A stretch of 64,000 nt of DNA from Arenicellales bacterium (GCA_965213865.1 OZ243928.1:2353221-2417220), one strand, 5' to 3'; counted from the first letter of the stretch, positions 29,573 to 39,538 are shown. Numbers and translations: made by a program. The notes: generated by a model not told the origin, from the letters alone.

Positions 29573-30050
29573 ATGGCGGACAAAAAACAAGCGCTTATTG
29601 ACGGCAGTTCGCGGAATAGAATAATGTTCAATGTTGTTTCAATGGAAGTCAGTTCAGCAATTTTAGGCAGTGAACGCAAAAAACTGGAATACACAAGATC
29701 AAAAAATGAAACTGGATACAATTTTTCCAAGGATTCCGCAGGCAATATCACCGCGAAGCAAATCAGTTCATTATTCAATCGTTCCCCGATGAGCTGACTA
29801 GGAATGCTCTTGTGATCCTGCCCAGAGAGTTTATCGAAAAAGAGGCGAGCGAATTGCTAGACGCAGGCCGGGAACGATTCAATCCAACCTTGGAACACAG
29901 CCAGGCTGAAGGCGATACAGGCCAAGCCAGGGGACGCAAATCATCAATTGCCTGAGGGTGATTGGCATCAGTTCTGTCTTGGAAAATGGCAAATGTGCAT
30001 TTGTTCCGGACGAGGTTCTGCATCTTATTCGATCGCGAGTTTCTCAACAG
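29573..30050 (+). pseudogene. Possible decayed N-terminal fragment of an IS256/Mutator-family transposase
   Basis: The pieces lie in three frames: ...DELTRNALVILPREFIEKEASELLDAGRERFN... resembles lEaEvtEhLGAeryER, then ...VIGISSVLENGKCAFVPDEVL resembles G.i.L.iPklR.GsyFP..L. There is no DDE domain. This is pattern memory only. Confidence 0.3.
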
Positions 30051-30100
30051 CGAAAAATTAGAATTAACCCAGCGTTTACACGTGCAATTCAATCTCAGTC

Positions 30101-31930
30101 GTGTCCGTCATATCTGCTGCCACTGAAGGCAAGACCGTAACCGAGTTTCTCAAGACCATCAGCTCCTCGAGCGGGGTCTACATCATCAAAGATGGACAGG
30201 ATGTCCCGCTCTATATCGGCAAAGCCAAGAACTTGCGCAATCGGGTTCGTTCTTATTTTCGCCCTTCAGGTCTGTCGCATCGCATCGAGGCAGTCATGCA
30301 GCATGCCGCTAAAATCGAGACGATCGTAACTGTCTCAGAAACTGAGGCGCTGCTGCTAGAAAACAATCTGATCAAAACCGCCCAGCCGCACTACAACATT
30401 AATCTGCGCGATGACAAAAGCTATCCGTATATTCGGGTCGATGATTCCCATGAGTTTCCCAAACTCAGCTTTTACCGCGGCAATCGCAAGGAGCCGGGAC
30501 GCTATTTTGGTCCCTTCAGCAGTGCGGCGGCAGTGCGCGAAACGCTCTCTCAGCTGCAGAAAGTATTCCCCGTTCGCCAGTGTCGAGATTCATTTTTCAG
30601 ACACCGGTCGCGTCCGTGCCTGCAATACCAGATTCATCGCTGTACTGCCCCTTGTGTCGGCTTGATCGATGCTGCGAGCTATGATGAGGATGTCAGGCAG
30701 GTGCTGGATTTTCTAGCTGGCAGAAATGTCGATTTAAATGAATTCCTAATGCGCAAGATGGAGCAAAGCGCGGCAGATCTGGAGTTTGAAACCGCAGCGA
30801 AATACCGCGATCGCATTGCGGCAATTCAGCGTCTGCGCGAAGCCCAGTCCGTCGACGGCAGTCGCGGCGACATCGATGCCCTCGCGATTGCCGGCTATGG
30901 CGGCCTGCTGTGCATTCAGCTGGTCATGTTCAGAAGCGGGCGCAATGTCGATTATCGAACTTTCTTTCTGACACTGAAGGCTGAAATGGAGCTCAGCGAT
31001 GCCCTCGCGGAATTCATTCCACGCTACTACCTTGAGAGAGAGACTCCATCGCTGATTCTCATTGATCGGAAAATCGATGACCTCGCGCTGATCCAAGATG
31101 CACTCCGCCAGCAGGCCGGCTCGCGTGTCAATATCAAGCGACCCGTGCGCGGGGAAAAAGTGAAACTCATCGAGCTGGCGCGAGCCAATGCAGCCGAAGC
31201 GATTCGCCGCCGACTGAATGAGAAAGAATCGCTGGAGCAGCGCTTTCAAGCGCTTGCGGCAGCGCTTGAGATGGCTGCGTCGCCAGTGCGAATCGAGTGT
31301 TTTGACATCAGTCACATTTCCGGCCAAAAGACAGTGGCCTCGTGTGTGGTCTTTGATCAAAGCGGACCGATCAAATCCGAGTACCGTCGCATGAACATTG
31401 AGAATATTGCGGCGGCCGACGATTACGGGGCGCTGCGAAGCGCCTTGACTCGCCGCTACCGCAAGGTGCGGGATAACAGCGGCAAACTGCCCGACCTGAT
31501 TTTGATCGACGGCGGCAAGGGACAGCTGAGCAGCTCGCTTGAGGTGCTGGATGAATTGCAGATTGCCGATATCCGCATTGCGGCGATTTCCAAAGGTCCA
31601 GAGCGCCAGCCGGGACAAGAGCAGATTTGGGTGCCGGGCAGCCGCAAGCCGCTGGCTGTTGATGAGCTGTCGCTGCTGCTTTTGCAACAGGTGCGGGATG
31701 AAGCGCACAGATTTGCTTTAATGGGGCATCGCAGCCGGCGATTGCGGGCTCAGAAGCAGTCGCTGCTTGAGCGGATTCCGGGTATCGGACAGCGCCGAAG
31801 ATCCGCATTGCTCAAGCATTTCGGCGGCTTGCAGGGCATTTCTCGCGCAAGCGTTGAGGAGCTGCAGCAGGTCAATGGAATCAGCTTGCCATTGGCTCAG
31901 AAAATTCATCACGAGATTCATGGACGCTGA
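30101..31930 (+). CDS. uvrC: Excinuclease ABC subunit C
   Basis: GIY-YIG N-terminus (GVYIIKD...PLYIGKAKNLRNRVRSY), a UVR domain, and a C-terminal HhH (GIGQRRRSALLKHFG). Confidence 0.95.
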   Translation: MSVISAATEGKTVTEFLKTISSSSGVYIIKDGQDVPLYIGKAKNLRNRVRSYFRPSGLSHRIEAVMQHAAKIETIVTVSETEALLLENNLIKTAQPHYNINLRDDKSYPYIRVDDSHEFPKLSFYRGNRKEPGRYFGPFSSAAAVRETLSQLQKVFPVRQCRDSFFRHRSRPCLQYQIHRCTAPCVGLIDAASYDEDVRQVLDFLAGRNVDLNEFLMRKMEQSAADLEFETAAKYRDRIAAIQRLREAQSVDGSRGDIDALAIAGYGGLLCIQLVMFRSGRNVDYRTFFLTLKAEMELSDALAEFIPRYYLERETPSLILIDRKIDDLALIQDALRQQAGSRVNIKRPVRGEKVKLIELARANAAEAIRRRLNEKESLEQRFQALAAALEMAASPVRIECFDISHISGQKTVASCVVFDQSGPIKSEYRRMNIENIAAADDYGALRSALTRRYRKVRDNSGKLPDLILIDGGKGQLSSSLEVLDELQIADIRIAAISKGPERQPGQEQIWVPGSRKPLAVDELSLLLLQQVRDEAHRFALMGHRSRRLRAQKQSLLERIPGIGQRRRSALLKHFGGLQGISRASVEELQQVNGISLPLAQKIHHEIHGR

Positions 31931-31935
31931 CAGAT

Positions 31936-32517
31936 ATGCCTTTCAGTCTTCCGAACATTCTTACTTTGGCGCGGATCGCTGCAATTCCAGTCTTTGTGGT
32001 GTTTTATCTGCTTTTTCCGCGTGATCAGTATTACCTCGTCGTCGGTATCTTCGTATTGGCAGCGATCACGGACTGGCTGGACGGCTTTTTGGCCCGCAGG
32101 ATGCAAGAGACCTCATCATTCGGCGCTTTTTTAGATCCAGTTGCCGACAAGCTGATGGTGTGCACGGCATTGGTGCTCATTGTGGCAGATCAAACCATTA
32201 CGGCGAAGGTTTTTTCGAATCTCAGCTTTACTGTGGCGGTCATTGTCATCGTATCGCGCGAGGTCAGCGTCGTTGCGCTGCGGGAATGGATGGCTGAAGC
32301 GGGGCAAAGAGCGAGTTTGGCAACGACGTTTCTCTCCAAAGCCAAGACTTTCGTGCAAATGGCGGCAATCGCACTGCTGCTGCTCAAAGGCTCAATCTAT
32401 GGCCAATCCACACTTTTGCTTGGAGAAATCCTGCTCTATATCGCGGCGGGCTTAACCATTTGGACGATGGTTTTGTATTTGCGCGTTGCTTGGCCGGTTC
32501 TGCTGGAGAAACAGTAA
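31936..32517 (+). CDS. pgsA: CDP-diacylglycerol--glycerol-3-phosphate 3-phosphatidyltransferase
   Basis: The CDP-alcohol phosphatidyltransferase motif DWLDGFLAR...GAFLDPVADK. It follows uvrC, as in enterobacteria. Confidence 0.9.
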   Translation: MPFSLPNILTLARIAAIPVFVVFYLLFPRDQYYLVVGIFVLAAITDWLDGFLARRMQETSSFGAFLDPVADKLMVCTALVLIVADQTITAKVFSNLSFTVAVIVIVSREVSVVALREWMAEAGQRASLATTFLSKAKTFVQMAAIALLLLKGSIYGQSTLLLGEILLYIAAGLTIWTMVLYLRVAWPVLLEKQ

Positions 32518-32836
32518 GGCAGCAGCATTGATGCCGTACAAGGCATTCCAGTATTGAGTATCTGCGGGCGGCGGCAGTCTTGAAATTTCCTGTCCCTAAT
32601 TGAGCTGTCGTTTCCGTCGCAGCGGCTCACAAATCTGCTTGGAATCCATAAGCAGGCCTGCTGCGGGCCAGCTTGCATAGGCTGCGATAAACTCGCAGGT
32701 GATTTATCTGCCTTGTCTACGGTAAAACAAATCAACTGATTTTTTAAATTAATCACTATATTGAGTAAAATTACTAACGTTTTAAAGTAAAAAATTTTAA
32801 GATGGTAAAAATATTTGTTATTTTTTAAATTATCAA

Positions 32837-34042
32837 ATGAATATATGCAAATACAAACGTTTTCTAGTTGAAGAACTGCGGCATCGCTTGGAAGAGCCGC
32901 GGCGATTTATCCAAGTTGTGACCGGGCCGAGACAGGTTGGAAAGACGACTGCGGTCCGGCAGATTTGTGCCGACTCCAGTATCGCTTGGAACTATCAGAC
33001 GGCCGATATACCGAGCATCCGCACCTTGGATTGGCTGGCTCAGCAATGGGAATCAACAAGAATCCTCGCAGCGAATTCGGATCATAAAACCGCAGTCTTG
33101 GTTCTGGACGAAATTCAAAAAATCCCCGAATGGTCTGGAATGGTCAAGAAGCTGTGGGATGAGGATACTTGGAATGATTGCCAAGTCAAGGTTGTTCTAT
33201 TGGGTTCTGCTCCGCTTCTGATGGGGAGTGGACTGACTGAAAGCCTTGCCGGACGTTTTGAGGTGATTCACCTTCCGCATTGGACTTTTTCCGAAATGCA
33301 GGAAGCATTTGAATTCGATCTGAATCAATTTCTGTATTTTGGCGGCTATCCAGGCGCAGCGCCGATCATCAGCGACTTGGACCGATGGCGTGCATATATT
33401 CGGGAATCGTTGATGGAACCCTCTTTTTCCCGCGATATTATGCTGCTGACAAGAATCGAAAAACCAGCTCTGATGAGACAGTTGTTTTGGCTGGGATGCC
33501 ATTATTCGAGCCAGATTTTATCTTACCACAAGATGCTTGGACAACTTCATGACGCAGGCAATACCACTACGCTGGCCCACTATCTTGAGCTGCTTTCAAA
33601 AGTCGGCATGATGACAGGACTGCAAAAATATTCAGGCCAATCGGTACGAATCCGCTCCTCAAGTCCAAAACTGCTGGTCATGAATACTGCCTTGATGTCA
33701 GTCGAATGTCACAAAACGATGAGCCAAGCTCTGTCTGATACCCAGTTCAAAGGACGTCTGGTTGAGTCGGCTGTCGGCGCGCATTTGGCGAACGCGGCCG
33801 CCAAAGAAGCGGGGATTCGTTTGTTTTACTGGCGCGAAAACAACCATGAGGTTGATTTTGTAGTGGAGACCCATTCGACCTTGACCGCTATTGAAGTGAA
33901 AAGCGGCCAGTCGCGGCGCAGCGGTTCAGGGATGCACATGTTTTCAAAAAAATTTGCTCCGACGCGCATGCTGCTTGTAGGTGAGGGTGGAATTCCTATT
34001 GGTGACTTTTTATCGAAAGATGCGGAGCACTGGGTAATGTGA
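32837..34042 (+). CDS. AAA+ ATPase with a DUF4143-type C-terminal domain (second paralogue)
   Basis: Walker A GPRQVGKTT, Walker B LVLDEIQ. Its architecture matches the gene at 7900..9066, and a very AT-rich leader precedes it. Confidence 0.8.
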   Translation: MNICKYKRFLVEELRHRLEEPRRFIQVVTGPRQVGKTTAVRQICADSSIAWNYQTADIPSIRTLDWLAQQWESTRILAANSDHKTAVLVLDEIQKIPEWSGMVKKLWDEDTWNDCQVKVVLLGSAPLLMGSGLTESLAGRFEVIHLPHWTFSEMQEAFEFDLNQFLYFGGYPGAAPIISDLDRWRAYIRESLMEPSFSRDIMLLTRIEKPALMRQLFWLGCHYSSQILSYHKMLGQLHDAGNTTTLAHYLELLSKVGMMTGLQKYSGQSVRIRSSSPKLLVMNTALMSVECHKTMSQALSDTQFKGRLVESAVGAHLANAAAKEAGIRLFYWRENNHEVDFVVETHSTLTAIEVKSGQSRRSGSGMHMFSKKFAPTRMLLVGEGGIPIGDFLSKDAEHWVM

Positions 34043-34215
34043 ATAGCACGTCACATCGAAACCAATGTCTGTCACCTGCATCAATCGCACAATCGCACTG
34101 CGCGATATTCGACAGTTTGTCGGATTTGTACAATTGGAAATTTTTCGTGTTGAAATTTGATTTGCAGTTTCAGTAAAATGAATGTGACGGTTTCAATGTG
34201 GAACTTCGGTAGCAA

Positions 34216-34291
34216 GCGGGAGTAGCTCAGCTGGTAGAGCGCAACCTTGCCAAGGTTGAGGTCGCGAGTTCGAACCTCGTCTTCCGCTCCA
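34216..34291 (+). tRNA. tRNA-Gly (GCC)
   Basis: 76 nt. Acceptor GCGGGAG/CTTCCGC, anticodon loop CTTGCCAA, T-arm GCGAGTTCGAACCTCGT, encoded CCA. Confidence 0.95.
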
Positions 34292-34344
34292 TATTTTGTT
34301 TCGAGAATAGCAGTTTTCTCGCCTTCCTATTTGTATGATTTCCG

Positions 34345-34418
34345 GGCCGGATGGCAGAGTGGTTATGCAGCGGCCTGCAAAGCCGTGTACGCCGGTTCGA
34401 CTCCGGCTCCGGCCTCCA
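34345..34418 (+). tRNA. tRNA-Cys (GCA)
   Basis: 74 nt. Acceptor GGCCGGA/TCCGGCC, anticodon stem-loop GGCCTGCAAAGCC, encoded CCA. Confidence 0.95.
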
Positions 34419-34449
34419 CCCGGGATCATGCGAGAATCAAGAACCAGAA

Positions 34450-34536
34450 GCCCGGGTGGCGAAATTGGCAGACGCAAGGGACTTAAAATCCCTCGGGATA
34501 ACTCCCGTGCCGGTTCGAGTCCGGCCCCGGGCACCA
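34450..34536 (+). tRNA. tRNA-Leu (TAA)
   Basis: 87 nt with a long variable arm. Acceptor GCCCGGG/CCCGGGC, anticodon stem-loop AGGGACTTAAAATCCCT, encoded CCA. Confidence 0.95.
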
Positions 34537-34993
34537 GGCAGCCTTTCATGGGGGCTGCCAGTAATGCCGCTAAAAGCAAAATCTTATAGTCCTTGATGAC
34601 CTCACGCTCCCGCTTTCGGTAAAATTTGATCCTGATCACTGAATGAAACGGTGCAAAATTGGAGGTGAAAAACGCGAGGCAAAGATAGGCTGAAAATCAA
34701 AAAAGCTCGCTCGCTCAAGAAGCCGGAGCTGTACGGCAACCGCAGCATATTGCTTATGCGGCAGACGTTGGGGCAAAGCTTGTGTGCATCTGTCTGGAGA
34801 ATCGCAATATGCTTGCGAGAGCCTTAACGAACCGGCTTCAACACCCGATGTTCGAGGAATATTGATAGACTTGCAGGTGCTTTGGTTAAATGCTGTATCG
34901 AGCATTATGAATAACTAAAAGCGAAACATGCTAAACCAGCTGTGCTGACTTCTACCTGAAGGGCTGATCGCGGATGCAGCTTGATTTTCCTGC

Positions 34994-35785
34994 ATGGGTT
35001 ATGCCAGTTCGCTGCGCAGTCGCTATGTCACGAGCGGGTGGCTGCATCCGGATGTGCGGGGTGTTTTTCGGCGGCCGCTTCAGGCCCCAGGGATCAAGGG
35101 AGCGGTGTCTCCCTTGGATTGGCAGCAGACCCTGGTGTCACTGCAAATGATCATGGAGAGACCGATTGCGGCAGGAGGGCGCACCGCTCTGGAACTGCAT
35201 GGCTTTGCCCGCTGCCTGTCAAGCGATGGGCCGAGAGAAATCCATCTGTATGGAGAGCAGAAGCCCCCCGGATGGCTCGACAAGCTTCCCCTGTTCAAAA
35301 CCATTATCTTTCACAATGCTCGCAAACTGTTTGAATCCGGACTGATTGAGAACGTTGTGATGGAATTGAAATCAGCGATAGCCGCCAGTGATCTTACGGA
35401 AAAAACACCAGCTCACTGCAGCTTGACTTGGGGGCGTTTCGGCGCCAGTGCCTGGTCAATTGTATTGTCGACAGCGGAACTCGCACTGCTGAAATTGCTG
35501 GATGAATTGACCGGCAACGAAACTTTTGAGCAAGTGGACGCGCTGATGGATGGTTTGACCAGCCTGAGTCCGATGCGTCTGAACCGCTTGCTGCGGGAAT
35601 GTCGAAATGTCAAAGTAAAGCGATTGTTCCTCTGCTTTGCCGAGCGCCATGGTCATCCATGGCTCGAATACATCGACCGGAGCAGGATTGATCTTGGCAA
35701 GGGAAAGCGAATGCTGGCGCAGGATGGAAAACTGGATTCCAAATACCTGATTACGGTTCCTGAGGAATTGTATTTCCATGGATGA
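34994..35785 (+). CDS. AbiEi-family (type IV TA) antitoxin-like protein, N-terminus interrupted
   Basis: The longest ORF starts at ...GYASSLRSRYVTSGWLHPDVRGVFRRP. The same frame continues upstream to the ATG at 34928 but is broken by TGA at 34946..34948 and 34982..34984. Confidence 0.6.
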   Translation: MGYASSLRSRYVTSGWLHPDVRGVFRRPLQAPGIKGAVSPLDWQQTLVSLQMIMERPIAAGGRTALELHGFARCLSSDGPREIHLYGEQKPPGWLDKLPLFKTIIFHNARKLFESGLIENVVMELKSAIAASDLTEKTPAHCSLTWGRFGASAWSIVLSTAELALLKLLDELTGNETFEQVDALMDGLTSLSPMRLNRLLRECRNVKVKRLFLCFAERHGHPWLEYIDRSRIDLGKGKRMLAQDGKLDSKYLITVPEELYFHG

Positions 35786-36688
35786 GAGATACCGGCGCCA
35801 GGTTGCGTTGCTGGTGCGGACCTTGCCGCATATTGCGCAGGAAAAAGATTTCGCACTGAAGGGCGGCACAGCGATCAGCCTGTTCATTCGGAATCTTCCT
35901 CGACTGTCGGTTGACATCGATTTGGTCTGTTTGCCGATCGCCGGCAGGGCGAGATCGCTTGGCGATATTGACAGTGCGTTGCGACGCATTCAGAACCGAG
36001 TCGAACACGGTCTGCATCTGCTTATGCCCAGGTTGGAACGCTGAAGGAAGAGGGAACGGTCATAAAGCTTTTATGTCCGTGAGCGCGGCGCCAGACCCAG
36101 ATAGAGGTGTCGCCGGTGTGTCGCGGGAGTGTGCTGGAGCCGGAGGACAAGATCGTCATGCCCGCAGTGGAAGAACAGTTTGGATTCGCCGCCATGCGAG
36201 TGGTGTCTTTCGCAGATCTGTTCGCTGGCAAGCTGGTGGCAGCCTTGGACCGGCAGCATCCCCGTGACCTGTTCGATGTTCATGGCCTGCTGTCAAACGA
36301 AGGGATCAGCGGCAAGCTTCGCGCGGCATTCGTTGTGTACCTCATAGGCCATCACCGTCGAATCGAGAGTTTGCTCACGCCGCCTCGAAAGGAATTGCGT
36401 CAGGAGTTCGCTCGCGGATTGGCGGGAATGATGGCATGTCCCATTGACCTGAGCATGCTGATCCAGACTCGTGAAGAGCTCATTGGGGAGATGATCGGCC
36501 GCATGCCTGACGCACACCGCGAATTCTTGCAAACCTTTGCGAAAGGAGCGTCAGAATGGAAATTGCTCAAATTGAGCAATATCGGCGACCTTCCCGCTGT
36601 AAGGTGGCGGTTGAAAAAACTGAGAGGACTCAAAGAGGAATGTCGGTCTGCGCTGGCGCGACACATTGAGGCGATATTGCAGAACTGA
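35778..36688 (+). pseudogene. AbiEii/AbiGii-family nucleotidyltransferase toxin, inactivated
   Basis: The N-terminal part (FALKGGTAISLFIRNLPRLSVDIDL) is in one frame. The remainder (GTVIKLLCP*ARRQTQIEVSPVCRG...FAGKLVAALDRQHPRDLFDV) is in another, with an in-frame TGA at 36080..36082. The frameshift lies near 36010..36030. Confidence 0.75.
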
Positions 36689-36931
36689 ACCAGCAAGATC
36701 CTAAGCAGATTTCGATTGAGCGCATTTTCACTCGGCACCAGAAGATTTTCCACAGCTCCGATTCCAATCTCTGTTATGCTGTGCTCACGGCACAGGTTCA
36801 AGCGCAGCGGGATGAGGCGGAGCCCATTCGGAAAATTGACTGGCATGGCATGGAAAGCTTGCAGGATTTGTCCTGCGCGGCGACGCTGAAAAAAGGCAGA
36901 GTGAAGTGTTCAGACTTCTCAAGCAATTCAC

Positions 36932-37704
36932 TTAGGGTGTGTTAACGCTACGCAGCGCATCGATGATCAGCGCGAAGACGACGAATCCGAGGTACATGAC
37001 ATCAAGCTTGTCGAAGCGCGAGAACACTCTGCGGAAGCCCTTGAGCCGCCGGAACAGGCGTTCCACCTCGTTGCGCCGCCGGTACATTTTCCGGTCGTAT
37101 TCCCAGGGAGAGATGCGGCTGCTCTTCGGCGGCGCCACGGGTGTGAAGCCGAGGTCGGATGCCAGCCGGCGGGTCTCATCGTCCTCATAGGCCCGATCCA
37201 TGACGAGCGCCGGGCGGCTCGACGGCCTCTCCAGCCGCTTCAGGAGCTTCCGCCCCTCCGGGGCATCGTGCGCGTTGCCGGGAGAGAGCGCGAAGGCCAC
37301 GGCGGTCCGATCATCCGCGGCAGCCAGATGAAGCTTGGTGTTCCACCCGCCCCGGGACTTGCCGATGCACTGGGCGCCGTTTTTTTTAGCGCCCCCGTGC
37401 CGTCGGGATGCACCTTGATGCTAGTGCTGTCAAGGCTCAGGACCTCGACCCGGATGCGGATCATCCGCTCCCGCTGCAGGCGCTTGAGCACGCGGTCCAG
37501 GACCCCGTTCCTCGACCACCGGCTCATGCGCGTGTAGATGGTGTGCCAGTTGCCGAAACGCTCCGGCAGGCCGCGCCACTTGCAGCCGTGCTCGGCCACG
37601 TAGAGAATGGCGTTCAGCACCTGCAGGCTCGAGAGGCTGACATTGCCCCGCTGCCTCGGCAGCAGCGGGGCAATGCGCTCGTACTGTGCCCGTGTAAGTT
37701 CCAT
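36932..37704 (-). CDS. IS5-family transposase OrfA/OrfAB (programmed -1 frameshift)
   Basis: OrfA starts MELTRAQYERIAPLLP. The A8 slippery run is at 37380..37387. The -1 frame continues KKNGAQCIGKSRGGWNTKLH...LVMDRAYEDDETR...NEVERLFRRLK (DDE). The stop codon lies outside the IS end. Confidence 0.85.
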
Positions 37705-37786
37705 TGCCGGTTCCTCCGCTCTGTTCCAGACGACAATCACGGGTGATAATTGTATCATATCCAGATCAAATTGTGTTAACAGGCCC
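36935..37786 (-). mobile_element. IS5-family (IS427-group-like) insertion sequence, copy 1, 852 bp
   Basis: Imperfect terminal inverted repeats GGGTGTGTTAAC / GGGCCTGTTAAC, flanked by TA on both sides (36933..36934 and 37787..37788). Nearly identical to 50490..51341 and much GC-richer than its flanks. Confidence 0.9.
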
Positions 37787-37867
37787 TAGTCAATCACCTG
37801 AAGATTTTTATGATCCTGGCTCTGGAGCGCCATTTGCTGGATCTGGCACTCAGCTCGAAGCCGCTCA

Positions 37868-38410
37868 TCATGTGATTTTTTTGATCAGCGCCGGGACCAG
37901 ACGATCAATGTGCTGGTCAATCAGCAGCTCTTCAATACAATTCGACGAGAGAAACCCTTGCCTGCACTGAAAATTCAGCAGCTCTATAAACTTATCGTAA
38001 AATCCGCAAGTATTGAGAAATCCAATCGGTTTTTGATGGTATTTCAGTGTATTCCAGGCCATCACTGTGAAAACCTCCTCCATCGTGCCAATCCCGCCCG
38101 GCAATGCCAAAAACGCATCTGACATCTCAAACATGATATGCTCGCGCTCAGCCAATGTATCGGTGTAGATCAGCTCAGTAATCTGGTCAGCCGGGATCTC
38201 AACCTCGGCAATGGCGGTCGGAATAACGCCAAAAACTTCGCCCCCATGCGCGGTTGCCGAGAGCGCGAGCTCACCCATCAGTCCAATCGAGGCGCCGCCG
38301 TAGACAATGCCAATTTTGCGAGTTGCCAGATATTCAGCAACCTCGCGAACCGCAGTGCGATATACGGGCAGCCCGCCAATTCGTGAACCGAGAAAAATAC
38401 AGATGCGCAT
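37868..38410 (-). CDS. LOG-family (TIGR00730) nucleotide phosphoribohydrolase
   Basis: YGGASIGLMG and PGGIGTMEEVF motifs. The start is set at MRICIFLG. Confidence 0.85.
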   Translation of the reverse strand: MRICIFLGSRIGGLPVYRTAVREVAEYLATRKIGIVYGGASIGLMGELALSATAHGGEVFGVIPTAIAEVEIPADQITELIYTDTLAEREHIMFEMSDAFLALPGGIGTMEEVFTVMAWNTLKYHQKPIGFLNTCGFYDKFIELLNFQCRQGFLSSNCIEELLIDQHIDRLVPALIKKIT

Positions 38411-38593
38411 TACGAAATATCCTGATACAAGAGTTTGAGCTTCAGCATGAAAAAATAGAAAAAATAAAGTATCCAAGTACCCAATGCGGTATTGCAGAGG
38501 GTTGATGAATATAGTATAAAACGCGGCAACTGACTTACTGTTGCGCGACTTCACGGTGCCGCCGTTTGCCGTGGAATCTTTCTTTACTGGCAA

Positions 38594-39196
38594 ATGATGA
38601 GCGATCCAGATCACGCGACGGAAAAGATTTACCTGACCGCTGCGTCGCTATTCGAGGATTCGTGCAAGCTCGCAGCTCAAGTGATCGAAAGCGGATTTCG
38701 TCCAAATTACCTGGTCGCCCTCTGGCGGGGCGGCACGCCGATTGGCATCACGATACAAGAGATGCTGGCGTACTATGGTATTGAGACTGACCATATCGCA
38801 ATTCGGACTTCGCTCTATCGCGGTATTGAAAAGCGGGCAAAGAATATTCGCATACATGGTCTGGGGTATCTGATTGACCGAGTGAAGCCTGATGACAGTC
38901 TGCTGATTGTCGATGACATTTACGATACCGGCCTGACCATCAAGGCTCTGATAGAGAATATTCATCGGCGGGCAAGAAAAAATGCGCCTGAGGATATTCG
39001 AATTGCCGCGACTTGGTTCAAACCCGGTAAAAACCTGACTGACCGAGTGCCCGACTATTTTGTCAATCAGTCGGAAGAATGGGTGGTTTTTCCACACGAG
39101 CTGATTGGCTTGAGTTTTGCAGAAATTGACGAAAATAAACCCTATATTGCAAATGTAATGAGATCTTTAGAAAAACTATTAAAAGTAAGTGATTAG
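38594..39196 (+). CDS. Phosphoribosyltransferase-family protein
   Basis: PRPP-binding loop LLIVDDIYDTGLT, and VALWRGGTPIG. 200 aa. Confidence 0.8.
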   Translation: MMSDPDHATEKIYLTAASLFEDSCKLAAQVIESGFRPNYLVALWRGGTPIGITIQEMLAYYGIETDHIAIRTSLYRGIEKRAKNIRIHGLGYLIDRVKPDDSLLIVDDIYDTGLTIKALIENIHRRARKNAPEDIRIAATWFKPGKNLTDRVPDYFVNQSEEWVVFPHELIGLSFAEIDENKPYIANVMRSLEKLLKVSD

Positions 39197-39239
39197 ATTA
39201 TTTTGCGTACTGAACATATGAGTAGAAGAAAAAATCAAG

Positions 39240-39538
39240 ATGAGTGAAAATTCAAACCCAGCGCCGCCTGATTTTCTGGTTCACGACGAAACTGATTCAG
39301 TCGGTGTCGTGGTTGTGGAAAACGCCCAGGCAGGTGCGACTCTAACCGGCTGGATCATGGAGTCAGATGCGACCGTACACGTCGATGCCGTCGATGATAT
39401 TCCACTAGGGCACAAAATTGCCCTGGCTGACCTCGATGAAGGCGTCCAAGTCATTAAATACGGGCATCCGATCGGACGCACCATTCAGCCGATCGTCAAG
39501 GGAGCCCATTTGCATGTACATAACACAAAAACGGAAAA

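Noticed and set aside
34537-34559. Hairpin GGCAGCC-N9-GGCTGCC right after tRNA-Leu as a terminator or att site
   Set aside because: No T-tract follows it, and I could not find a second copy of it or of the tRNA 3' end downstream. This is insufficient evidence for either role.
34928-36688. TGA read as Trp or Sec to rescue the AbiE genes and the antitoxin remnant
   Set aside because: TGA serves as an ordinary stop for well-defined core genes in the window, such as lpxK, kdsB and pgsA. The toxin also carries a frameshift. Pseudogenisation is the simpler reading.
36400-36846. 148-aa minus-strand ORF, and an apparently open plus-strand frame running across the IS copy 1 insertion point
   Set aside because: The minus ORF is antisense to the AbiEii remnant. 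The plus-strand frame lacks a start codon or motif and would overlap the LOG gene, so it is probably coincidental.
37868-39196. LOG plus phosphoribosyltransferase as a nucleotide-based conflict system
   Set aside because: Both have canonical lengths and motifs of metabolic enzymes (PGGxGTxxE; the PRPP loop) and are divergently transcribed. Nothing in the sequence suggests an effector or sensor.
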